Of a stretch of 64,000 nucleotides of DNA, positions 55,281 through 63,491 are shown piece by piece. Within the stretch, counting starts at the first letter, position 1. Each line of letters begins with the position of its first letter. The stretch is from Bacteroidales bacterium (GTDB lineage Bacteria; Bacteroidota; Bacteroidia; Bacteroidales; WCHB1-69). The stretch is from contig JAFZIP010000010.1 in the NCBI GenBank assembly GCA_017554325.1, positions 5,760 to 69,759 of the forward strand, in the 5' to 3' direction. A program made the translations under genes and the position numbers. The notes below the pieces were generated by a model. That model was given only the letters and a program-made list of their open reading frames with translations. It did not search any database and was not told the origin of the DNA.

Positions 55281-55380
55281 ATAAATATTTTTAATGTAAT
55301 AATCAGTATGTTAGAAATTTACGAGGTGTAAAATTAAGATTTGATTGTTAACGAGTGGAGGCAGATTTTGGAAAAATGTT
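55281..55380 (-). repeat. Leader module copy C: the genuine 3' end of mpg (last 11 codons) plus about 65 bp downstream.
   Basis: It matches the 61-bp core of copies A and B at about 50/61 positions. Homology ends at the same nucleotide (AAAAATGTT) in all three copies. Confidence 0.85.
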
Positions 55381-55959
55381 CCCGGCTTTTATTAAAAACC
55401 TATACGGCAGCAGGGCATCCTCACCCGCGTAGTCCACGCCGATGCGCGGGGTGATCTCAATTTGATTATCAGGAATCTGGAGGCCGCGGTCTTCGATCCA
55501 AACCGTGTCGCTCGTAAGCGGGCAGCCATTGTCGGCCACCGCAAGACCCAGCAGCTTGCTCACCTTGCCTGGGCCGGAACCGATGTCGTGCGACATCCGG
55601 CTCTTGCCCGTGCGCCGCAACATCAACTCCTCGCCGTGCGTGGGGATGATGCCGCGGATGAGCACCGCGTCAGGGACATCCTCTTCGTTGGTCACGAAGT
55701 TGAGCATGTAGTGCATGCCATAGCAAAGGTACATGTAGGCTACCCCGCCCTCGTGGTACATCATCTCGTTGCGGCGCGTGCGCCTGCCTCCGTAGGCATG
55801 CGAAGCCTTGTCTGTCGTGCCCTTGTACGCCTCCACCTCCGAAATGATGCCACCTGCCAGCTGTCCGTCCTTCATGGTGAACAGATACTTGCCCAACAAG
55901 TCGCGGGCGATGGCCAACACATCATGTCCTAAAAAATACGATTTTTGCAGCCTATTCAT
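55348..55959 (-). CDS. mpg: DNA-3-methyladenine glycosylase (Mpg/AAG family).
   Basis: The ATG at 55959 gives MNRLQKSYFLGHDVLAIARDLLGKYL. The motifs are EVEAYKGTTDKASHAYGGRRTRRNEMMY..GG.AY.YL.YGMHYMLN and LIRGIIP. Confidence 0.85.
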   Translation of the reverse strand: MNRLQKSYFLGHDVLAIARDLLGKYLFTMKDGQLAGGIISEVEAYKGTTDKASHAYGGRRTRRNEMMYHEGGVAYMYLCYGMHYMLNFVTNEEDVPDAVLIRGIIPTHGEELMLRRTGKSRMSHDIGSGPGKVSKLLGLAVADNGCPLTSDTVWIEDRGLQIPDNQIEITPRIGVDYAGEDALLPYRFLIKAGNIFPKSASTR

Positions 55960-56055
55960 CTTTCCGAAAAAGAACCCGCAAAAGAACAAAAAAACCGCCT
56001 ATTTTGCAACAACAAACATAGCCAATTCGTTAGTAAATATTGCAATAAATATCTG

Positions 56056-56610
56056 ATGTCAGAAGAAGAGAAGAAAATCATAAAAGGTTGTATCGCCGGT
56101 GACAAGGCCTGCCAGAAGCGGCTTTATCTGGAGTACGGCCCCATGATCAAGGGTATCTGCGCGCGCTACGCGGCTAACGCCGAGGACGCAGAGGACCTTT
56201 TTCATGACACCTTCCTCTTCATACTCGTGAACTTCCCGAACTACAACAAGATCACCTCGCTCGGTGCGTGGCTCCGGCGCATCACCATCAACAAGGCTAT
56301 CGACTACTACCGGAAGACCGAACGGCAACGGACAACCTCTCTGGAGGACCTGACCCACGAGCCGGGCGCTGACGCCGCCCCGCTGAACGAGCCGCTCACC
56401 ATGCCGCAACTCGTCGGCTTCATCAACGAACTGCCCGACAAGTACCGCACCGCCTTCAACCTGTATGTCATCGACGGCTACGAGCAAGAGGAGATCATGA
56501 GCATCATGGACGAGAGTTCCACCAATGTCCGGACGCTGATTTTCCGCGCCCGCAACATCCTGCAAAAGAAGATACAGCAATATTTGAATCACGAAGAATT
56601 TAGTATATGA
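56056..56610 (+). CDS. RNA polymerase ECF-type sigma-70 factor.
   Basis: The ATG is at 56056. Region 2 reads LYLEYGPMIKGICARYAANAEDAEDLFHDTF. Region 4 reads LPDKYRTAFNLYVIDGYEQEEIMSIMDESSTNVRTLIFRARNIL. Confidence 0.85.
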   Translation: MSEEEKKIIKGCIAGDKACQKRLYLEYGPMIKGICARYAANAEDAEDLFHDTFLFILVNFPNYNKITSLGAWLRRITINKAIDYYRKTERQRTTSLEDLTHEPGADAAPLNEPLTMPQLVGFINELPDKYRTAFNLYVIDGYEQEEIMSIMDESSTNVRTLIFRARNILQKKIQQYLNHEEFSI

Positions 56611-57521
56611 AGACGTTGAAAGAGCAATTTGAAAATTACGAGGTCCCCGTGGACGAGGCCGGATGGGAATCCATCATCCAGGACAAGTCCGTGGTCAAAT
56701 ACAACCGGGGAAGAATGATACGCCGGGGGGCCATGTACGGAGCCGCAACGCTCGCGGTGGCCAGCATTGTCACCGTAGCGGTCTTATTCTCCCGTCCGCA
56801 ACGCATTGAACCTTCACAGACAAGCGAGGCTACAGAAAACGTGCAAGAGCCCGCCCGCCAGGAGGTTGCCGCAGAAAGCGCGCCCGTGACCAGCCAAGCG
56901 CCCGCCCACGCACATCCGCAGGCGGCGCCCGCACGCACCACGAGTGCGACTGCGCCCGTTTCCACCAACGTGCCTGCCGACAACATGACCGCCGTCAGCG
57001 CGACACCGGCCAGCATTCCCGCCCAGACGCCTCCTGCGGCAGCCAAACCTCTTGCACCGCAGCCCGCACCCGCCACTCCGGCCAGCGCGCCCCAACCCAC
57101 GCCCGCGCCCACACCCATCGTACCGCCGAAGCAAGTACCCTCCCCCACTCCCACACACAATGACACGGCCATACCCTCCGCGCCGAAGGCAGAACCTGAC
57201 GAGGCCGAGAACCCGACTCCACAACCCCAATCCACAAACAAGACTTTCTTCGCACCCAACGCATTCTCGCCTAACGGCGACGGCATCAACGACGTCTTCT
57301 ACGTCTTCGCCAATGTGGAATATACCGAATTTGAATTGAACATCTACTCCCGCAACGGCGACCATGTATTCCAGTCCCGTAACATCGAAAACGGATGGAA
57401 CGGCCGACGCAACGGCACTGGCGAACTGCTGCCGCAAGGCGTGTATGTCTATACCATCAAATACAAAACCGTCCAGCATAAGTCCGGTATGGAAAAAGGC
57501 CAGATTCTGCTTCTTCAATAA
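56607..57521 (+). CDS. Anti-sigma-like single-pass membrane protein with a Pro/Ala/Thr-rich linker and a C-terminal T9SS type B (gliding-motility-associated, CHU_C) domain.
   Basis: It overlaps the sigma gene by ATGA. The short cytoplasmic N-terminus is FENYEVPVDEAGWESII, followed by the TM helix GAMYGAATLAVASIVTVAVLF. About 140 aa of low-complexity PAT-rich sequence follow. The C-terminus reads FFAPNAFSPNGDGINDVFYVF...NGWNGR..G..LPQGVYVYTIKY. Confidence 0.7.
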   Translation: MKTLKEQFENYEVPVDEAGWESIIQDKSVVKYNRGRMIRRGAMYGAATLAVASIVTVAVLFSRPQRIEPSQTSEATENVQEPARQEVAAESAPVTSQAPAHAHPQAAPARTTSATAPVSTNVPADNMTAVSATPASIPAQTPPAAAKPLAPQPAPATPASAPQPTPAPTPIVPPKQVPSPTPTHNDTAIPSAPKAEPDEAENPTPQPQSTNKTFFAPNAFSPNGDGINDVFYVFANVEYTEFELNIYSRNGDHVFQSRNIENGWNGRRNGTGELLPQGVYVYTIKYKTVQHKSGMEKGQILLLQ

Positions 57522-57527
57522 CTCTAT

Positions 57528-58838
57528 ATGAAACTGTTAGACCGCAGCATCCCCCCACTGCAAAACCCCGTCGCGGAACTGCAACTGCCAGCCCCCCGCA
57601 TGGAGAAGCTGTACAACGGCATCCCCGTTTATACCTTGCCCAACCCGCAACTCGACCTCATCCATATCCTCATCCACATCCGCAACGGAATCCTGCATGA
57701 AACACAGAAGCACCTCTCTCAGTTCACCTACGCACTGCTCAAGGAGAGCTCGCGCAAGCACTCCGCCACCGAAATCGCTGACCTACTGGACTTCTACGGC
57801 GTACATTACACCACATCCTGCGGAATGGACAAGAATGTCATCACCATCTCGGTGCCCCGCAGCAATGTAAGCAATATCCTGCCCACCATCTACGATTTCA
57901 TCGCCCATCCCCAATACCGGGAGGACAGACTGGACATCTATGCCAATCTGAAAATCAAGGACTTGGAATACAATTCCCAAAAGACAGATGTGCGAAGCAC
58001 GCAACTGATGTTGCACGCCATATTCGGGGACACATGCACCGCCGGCCAGTTTTCCACGCGCGAGAACCTGAAAGCCGTAACGGTAGCGCAGATGCAAGAA
58101 TACCATCAAAACACGTTCTGCGCCGAGAACATCCGCTTATTTGTCACGGGCAACGTGGACAAAGACATGGAACAATGTATCAAGGGGCTTTTCGCACAGA
58201 TACCGCACGGACAGGCCACCAAGGAAATCCACGATCTTCTGCTGCCCGCCGACCCCACCCCGCTCATCTGTGAGGCAATGCCCGACAGTGTACAATCCTC
58301 CATCACTCTGTGCTGTCCGAGCATCGGATACTTGGATGCAGACCGGCGCGGTTTCTCCATCTTGGGCACCATCACAGGCGGCTATTTCGGCTCGCGGCTC
58401 ATGCAAAACCTGCGGGAACGCAACGGTTACACCTACGGCATTTCCGCCGGTTCCGTCTATTTCGGAAACCAGTCGCTGTTCATCATCAACAGCGATGTCA
58501 ACGCCACCCACACACAAGCGGCCGTGGATGCCTGCTTCGAGGAACTGCAACGGCTGCAAGAGGAGCCCGTTGGCGACGAAGAGTTGGAAACCGCCCGCAA
58601 CTACATTTTGGGCGACATGCTGCGCGACGTGGACAACTCCGTCTCCTACCTGAAAAAATATGCCTACTGGAATCAACACGGACTGGACGAGCGCGAGTTC
58701 CAGGATATGATCCAGGCTGTGAAAGAGACCAATGCCGAGGATCTTCTGTCTTTAGCTAAAAAACATTTTGAATATAATAAATTTACCCGGATCATCGTTG
58801 GTGATATTCGGAACATGAAACAGGCGTCCGCACAATGA
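57528..58838 (+). CDS. M16 (pitrilysin/insulinase) family peptidase-like protein.
   Basis: 436 aa with the M16 two-domain layout. I see no clear HxxEH zinc motif, so it may be a non-catalytic subunit. Confidence 0.65.
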   Translation: MKLLDRSIPPLQNPVAELQLPAPRMEKLYNGIPVYTLPNPQLDLIHILIHIRNGILHETQKHLSQFTYALLKESSRKHSATEIADLLDFYGVHYTTSCGMDKNVITISVPRSNVSNILPTIYDFIAHPQYREDRLDIYANLKIKDLEYNSQKTDVRSTQLMLHAIFGDTCTAGQFSTRENLKAVTVAQMQEYHQNTFCAENIRLFVTGNVDKDMEQCIKGLFAQIPHGQATKEIHDLLLPADPTPLICEAMPDSVQSSITLCCPSIGYLDADRRGFSILGTITGGYFGSRLMQNLRERNGYTYGISAGSVYFGNQSLFIINSDVNATHTQAAVDACFEELQRLQEEPVGDEELETARNYILGDMLRDVDNSVSYLKKYAYWNQHGLDEREFQDMIQAVKETNAEDLLSLAKKHFEYNKFTRIIVGDIRNMKQASAQ

Positions 58839-60922
58839 AAAAAATCATATTCTCTTTTCTCAACATCATTATCTGCTTATATGGCTTTGCCATAGAGCCA
58901 CCCACCCTACAATGTATCGAACAACTCGTCGGCAACGGAAGATTACGCATCACATGGTCGTGGAACAACCTCAACAACGTGGCCACTGATGATGTATATA
59001 CTTTTTTCGTGAATGGGGGACAAAATTCACGTACAGTGAGCCCGTACAACAACGGCTACTATGTCACATCCACCGAAATCGAACTTCCCGCCTCTCAAAT
59101 CAGCGACCATTACACCTGTTATATCCAAGCGCATAACGCCACCACCGGCGAGAGCTGCACTTCCAACTCATTAAGCACCATCCAACTCACCGTCACACCG
59201 TACAATCTCCAAGGCGACAGCACGGCCGCCTATTTGGAATGGGGAGAGGTCAGTTCTTCGACCACGGGAGGCTCTTGGGACGGTGATTATCTCATCTACA
59301 AGAAAAGGGCATTTGAAGCCAATTTCGACCCCACCCCCATCGCTTCGGTCCCTATCAACAACAATCGCATATACATCGACCCCTCGGACGTCTGCCACAA
59401 CTACATCTCCTATCAGGTGGGTATCACCAACCAGATCAGCACAGCTGGCGGAAGTTCCTGCATTTTCAAGTCTAACATCCAAACCGTTCTGCTCAACGAC
59501 AGTATTCTTCCTAACGCACCCGTTCTGGACAGCGTTTCCGTTACGGAGGACAACCACATCGTGTTAGGCTTCCACGCACCGGATCCCTTCATGATGTGCT
59601 ACCCTGTGTATTATCTGGACGGTGGTATCAGACTGCTCTTGCACACTGTCTATAACGCCACTTTCTGGAATGACAACAGCATCAACCCCAGCGACGAGAG
59701 CCGTGAATACTTCATCGCCGTGTTGGATTCGTGCAACAACAGTTCCTATCAGACCGACAGCGGCCAGTGCAACATCCGCATTGCCCCACCCACCACCGAC
59801 GCCTGCCACCGCACAGCCCATATCACCTGGAATGCATACAAGAACATGCACGGCGGTGTGAGAGAATACCGTGTTTTCATGCGTCAGAACGGCGAAACCG
59901 ATTACACATTGTTAGGCACAACCACTCAAACCAATTTCGATCTGACCAATCTTGCCCTCAACACCGACTACCGCGTTTATGTGCAAGCCTGCAACAATAA
60001 CAACACCATCACTTCCAGCAGCAACCGTGTCAATTTCAACATCGATGCGGAAGAGTCGGAAGACGAGACCTACATCCGACATGTATCGGTTATGGACAAC
60101 CGCTACATTTCCATTTTGGCACATACCACCGGCGACCTCTATCCATTCAGCACCATCACCCTGCAACGAAGCGAAGACGGACAGAGTTTCGAGAACATCT
60201 CCACCATTCCCTATCACAGCAGCACAGAATATGAGTTTCTGGACAGTACTGCCAAGTTCACCAAAACGGTGTATTACTACCGCACCTACGTCATCGGCGA
60301 CTGCGGCATACCCGCCGGGCATTCCAACATCTCGCACAATATCCTGCTCACCGGCTCCACCAATTCCGCCCATGACTGCAATCTGGAATGGAATGAATAC
60401 GGAACATGGGACGGGGAAGTAGATCGCTACACGATCAGCCGCCGTACCGAATATGACACCATATTTCTGGAACTGACAGGCTCGCTTGTACCGCGTATGC
60501 ACAACACCTTCAGCGACAACGTTTCCGACCTTTTCCAGTTAGGATCGAAATTCACTTACTTCGTCACGGCCCATGAAGGCATCAATTCATACGGTTTTGA
60601 AGATGAAAGCATATCCAACCAGATTACCTTGCAGCAGGAATCCAGCATGCTTATCCCCAACGCCTTCACGCCGAACTTCGACGGGCACAACGATGTCTTC
60701 CTGCCTTCCAACGCTTTCGTGTCTGAAGAGGGATATGAGCTCATCATCATTTCCAGATTTGGGAAAACCGTGTTCAGGACCACTGATCCCACAGCCGGTT
60801 GGGACGGGTTCGACATGAAACGGGAACCCGCGCCCATGGGCGTGTACACGTACATCATCCGTTACATCAACGCACACGGAAAAGCGGACCAGATACGAGG
60901 AAGTGTAACGCTGATCCGCTAA
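58835..60922 (+). CDS. Fn3-like multi-domain protein with a T9SS type B (CHU_C) C-terminal domain.
   Basis: It overlaps the M16 gene by ATGA and has a signal-like N-terminus. The C-terminus reads LIPNAFTPNFDGHNDVFLP...AGWDG.......PMGVYTYIIRY. Confidence 0.7.
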   Translation: MKKIIFSFLNIIICLYGFAIEPPTLQCIEQLVGNGRLRITWSWNNLNNVATDDVYTFFVNGGQNSRTVSPYNNGYYVTSTEIELPASQISDHYTCYIQAHNATTGESCTSNSLSTIQLTVTPYNLQGDSTAAYLEWGEVSSSTTGGSWDGDYLIYKKRAFEANFDPTPIASVPINNNRIYIDPSDVCHNYISYQVGITNQISTAGGSSCIFKSNIQTVLLNDSILPNAPVLDSVSVTEDNHIVLGFHAPDPFMMCYPVYYLDGGIRLLLHTVYNATFWNDNSINPSDESREYFIAVLDSCNNSSYQTDSGQCNIRIAPPTTDACHRTAHITWNAYKNMHGGVREYRVFMRQNGETDYTLLGTTTQTNFDLTNLALNTDYRVYVQACNNNNTITSSSNRVNFNIDAEESEDETYIRHVSVMDNRYISILAHTTGDLYPFSTITLQRSEDGQSFENISTIPYHSSTEYEFLDSTAKFTKTVYYYRTYVIGDCGIPAGHSNISHNILLTGSTNSAHDCNLEWNEYGTWDGEVDRYTISRRTEYDTIFLELTGSLVPRMHNTFSDNVSDLFQLGSKFTYFVTAHEGINSYGFEDESISNQITLQQESSMLIPNAFTPNFDGHNDVFLPSNAFVSEEGYELIIISRFGKTVFRTTDPTAGWDGFDMKREPAPMGVYTYIIRYINAHGKADQIRGSVTLIR

Positions 60923-60951
60923 GACAAGAATCTAAATTTATCTGAAAAAAA

Positions 60952-62379
60952 CTAATCCCGCACACATCTGACGGAATAGGCTTGCGATTTGCTGTTTCCC
61001 GTCTGATAGATGCCGGTATTGTTGAAGAACAAATCCCAGGTATTGGCTTTCTGTGCATTGGTCTGGGTTGCCGACCAGAAACCAGTGGTCTCACCTTTGC
61101 TGATGAAGCCGCCAGATCCGACATAGCCTGTCGGGAGGGCCGAAAAATTGAGTGCATCGTTTGTTGCAGGATTGTTTCCTACGGCACATGACGTGCTATT
61201 ATTGTTCCAGCCTGTTTGGGAGGAAAAGGCCTTGGCTATCTTGTTTGGGGCGTTGTCGCAAGCATAGATACCTTCCGCTTTCACATAATTGACAAAGGCA
61301 GTCCACTCGGCCGCGCTGGGCAGGTGCCAACCTTCGGGGCAAATGCCGCGACGAGGGCCCGAAAATGCAACACTCACCGCATCATTTACACTCGCACTGA
61401 CGCTCAGTTCACCCAGTTCCACATTGAACGTGTCCACAGCGGCATTCCAATTATACAGCAAACCGTAACCTTGCGGTGCATAGGTCGCGCTATCGCTATT
61501 GTACCACTGGGCACTCTTACCGCTATAGGTGCTCAATATTGAATTACTGGGGACAAGACAGGTGCCTGTGGTCGGCGAAGTGGTGGCCCTCATGTTTTCT
61601 CTTGTCCAGCACTGCGCGCCTATCTGCACTGTGTTATATACATTTCCCTCGTGGTCCGTAACCGTGGGCATATCGGAACATGGAATACGATCATGGAAAA
61701 AGACCAAGCCAACGGTGTCATCCTCCATCTGCTCCTGCGTGACTACCACACTCGTACGCATTTCACCGTTAATGGTGGCATATCCCGTATAACGCATCTC
61801 ATCACCCAACACAAAGAGCGCCTCCGAATCGAATCTCATTTTTTTGACATAATACACACCGGATTCCGTTTCAAAACGCCCAATTAACTCTATACGATTG
61901 GCATTCCCATAACCGACACTCACAAGCTTTTCACTCTTAACACCTTGCCCATTATGAACTGTAATAAAATACAACTGGGGTTTCGCCAAGGAGATATGAA
62001 AATTGTTTATTCCTGATGATACAATTCCTGAATACTCAGCACACAAACGGCCCTGCACATCCGTCACGGTCACGCGAACCGGACCACTTTGCATGTTATC
62101 AACTGACATATAGGCATTGCCCCGACAGGGATTCGGGTAAAACAACATGTCAGGACGGAGATAATCTTCAATACCATCCGTGATATCAAGAATCAGTTCG
62201 GTATCCGGATAGATAAGTATTTCCGACCACTCACGGGTCAGATTCTCGACACGCACACTGTCAAGCCGATAATACGTTCCACTCTGGTCCTGCCCCACAA
62301 AGGTAAGAGACAATGAATTCTGGGCGGACACGCCAGCCATGACGGCAATACATGCGACTAATAGGGTAAATTTCTTCAT
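60952..62379 (-). CDS. FISUMP (Fibrobacter succinogenes major paralogous) domain protein, secreted.
   Basis: The signal peptide is MKKFTLLVACIAVMAGVSAQ. The FISUMP pattern is VTDHEGNVYNTVQIGAQCWTRENM...YGLLYNWNAA...ICPEGWHLPSAAEWTAF...GFSALPTGY...FWSAT...AYSVRCVRD. Confidence 0.8.
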   Translation of the reverse strand: MKKFTLLVACIAVMAGVSAQNSLSLTFVGQDQSGTYYRLDSVRVENLTREWSEILIYPDTELILDITDGIEDYLRPDMLFYPNPCRGNAYMSVDNMQSGPVRVTVTDVQGRLCAEYSGIVSSGINNFHISLAKPQLYFITVHNGQGVKSEKLVSVGYGNANRIELIGRFETESGVYYVKKMRFDSEALFVLGDEMRYTGYATINGEMRTSVVVTQEQMEDDTVGLVFFHDRIPCSDMPTVTDHEGNVYNTVQIGAQCWTRENMRATTSPTTGTCLVPSNSILSTYSGKSAQWYNSDSATYAPQGYGLLYNWNAAVDTFNVELGELSVSASVNDAVSVAFSGPRRGICPEGWHLPSAAEWTAFVNYVKAEGIYACDNAPNKIAKAFSSQTGWNNNSTSCAVGNNPATNDALNFSALPTGYVGSGGFISKGETTGFWSATQTNAQKANTWDLFFNNTGIYQTGNSKSQAYSVRCVRD

Positions 62380-62385
62380 ATTTCT

Positions 62386-63474
62386 CTATTTAACTCTGAT
62401 TTTCTGTCCCAAGGACAAAATGCTCGTTTCTTTTATCTTGTTCAATTTGCAAAGTTTGTCCACCGTAGTGTGGTATTTCCTTGAGATGGCATACAGAGTG
62501 TCACCCTTCTTCACGATATGGTACTTGGGGGAAGAAGTTTGTGTAGTCGTCTGGACGGGTTTAGAAGCGGTCGTATCCGCAGAAACCGTGGATGAAGATG
62601 ATGGTGCGTTCGCGACATCCGTGGTATCATTGTTTGTGGAAGTGGTATCATTGGAGACCAGCTTATTCGGGTCCATCACCACAATCTTGTTGGCAGAACG
62701 ATCAATATCCTGATAAGCCTTGTTCATGATGGAGACATTGATAGTTACGTCCTTGTTGAGCTGGCGGTCGGCTTTGTTGTGGCTGAGCAGCCATTCGTAG
62801 GTTTCCGGGATATAGAACATCTTGGCCAGCTGGCTGTGGTTAATACCCGGAAACTTGTCGAACCGGAGCAAGTCGGTTTCGCCGCACGCTTTCATGGCGT
62901 TCACCACCTTCTGCGATTCGCCAACGCCCACAGCCCTGTCCGCCGTACCGTGAATAATCCACAAGGGCACTTTGTTCAGGCCGCAATGGTCGCGCAGGTT
63001 GCTGCCACCGCAGAAAGCCATGGCCGCCGCCACCCTGTCGGGATAGGTTCCCACATACTGGAACGTGCCATAACCACCCATGCTCATGCCGATGACATAA
63101 ACACGATTGGTGTCGAAAACAAACCGTTCCTGCACCCAATCCAAGATATTGTTCAGTTTCAACGCATTCCATGGCCCACCCGGATCCTGCGGCGCCACAA
63201 TGATGGCATTGATATCCCGCCCCATGGAAATGGCATCCAGACAACCATATCTGCGCACCCTGTTCAGGTCAGTGCCGCTCAAACTATGTCCGTGCAAGAA
63301 TAGAATCAAGGGTATCTTTTCCTGCAACGTATCATACGTGTCGGGCACGCTGAGCCAGAAATTGTAGCCATTGGGCACCACATTGCGATGGGCCGAGAAC
63401 TTATATTCACTCTGCGCCGAGAGCCATAAGGGCAGAAACATCAGCAACAGCACAAACCATCTCTTCATATTCAT
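62386..63474 (-). CDS. Secreted alpha/beta-hydrolase (esterase) with a C-terminal LysM domain.
   Basis: It has a signal peptide and the motifs LFLHGHS and GMSMGG (nucleophile elbow). A Thr/Ser-rich linker follows. The C-terminus is YHIVKKGDTLYAISRKYHTTVDKLCKLNKI....LSLGQKIRV (LysM). Confidence 0.75.
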   Translation of the reverse strand: MNMKRWFVLLLMFLPLWLSAQSEYKFSAHRNVVPNGYNFWLSVPDTYDTLQEKIPLILFLHGHSLSGTDLNRVRRYGCLDAISMGRDINAIIVAPQDPGGPWNALKLNNILDWVQERFVFDTNRVYVIGMSMGGYGTFQYVGTYPDRVAAAMAFCGGSNLRDHCGLNKVPLWIIHGTADRAVGVGESQKVVNAMKACGETDLLRFDKFPGINHSQLAKMFYIPETYEWLLSHNKADRQLNKDVTINVSIMNKAYQDIDRSANKIVVMDPNKLVSNDTTSTNNDTTDVANAPSSSSTVSADTTASKPVQTTTQTSSPKYHIVKKGDTLYAISRKYHTTVDKLCKLNKIKETSILSLGQKIRVK

Positions 63475-63491
63475 ATAATTTAGTCAAACTA

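Noticed and set aside
51890-55380. Classical integron or CALIN (cluster of attC sites lacking an integrase).
   Set aside because: There is no intI in the window. I cannot find the R-box consensus (RYYYAAC / GTTRRRY) at the hairpin ends. Each cassette carries its own promoter, unlike typical integron cassettes. I kept it as an integron-like analogy only.
56820-57240. Overlapping long ORFs on both strands in the PAT-rich segment (56636-57289 -, 56814-57518 -, 57052-57339 +).
   Set aside because: They are a compositional artefact of a GC-rich low-complexity linker inside the anti-sigma-like gene.
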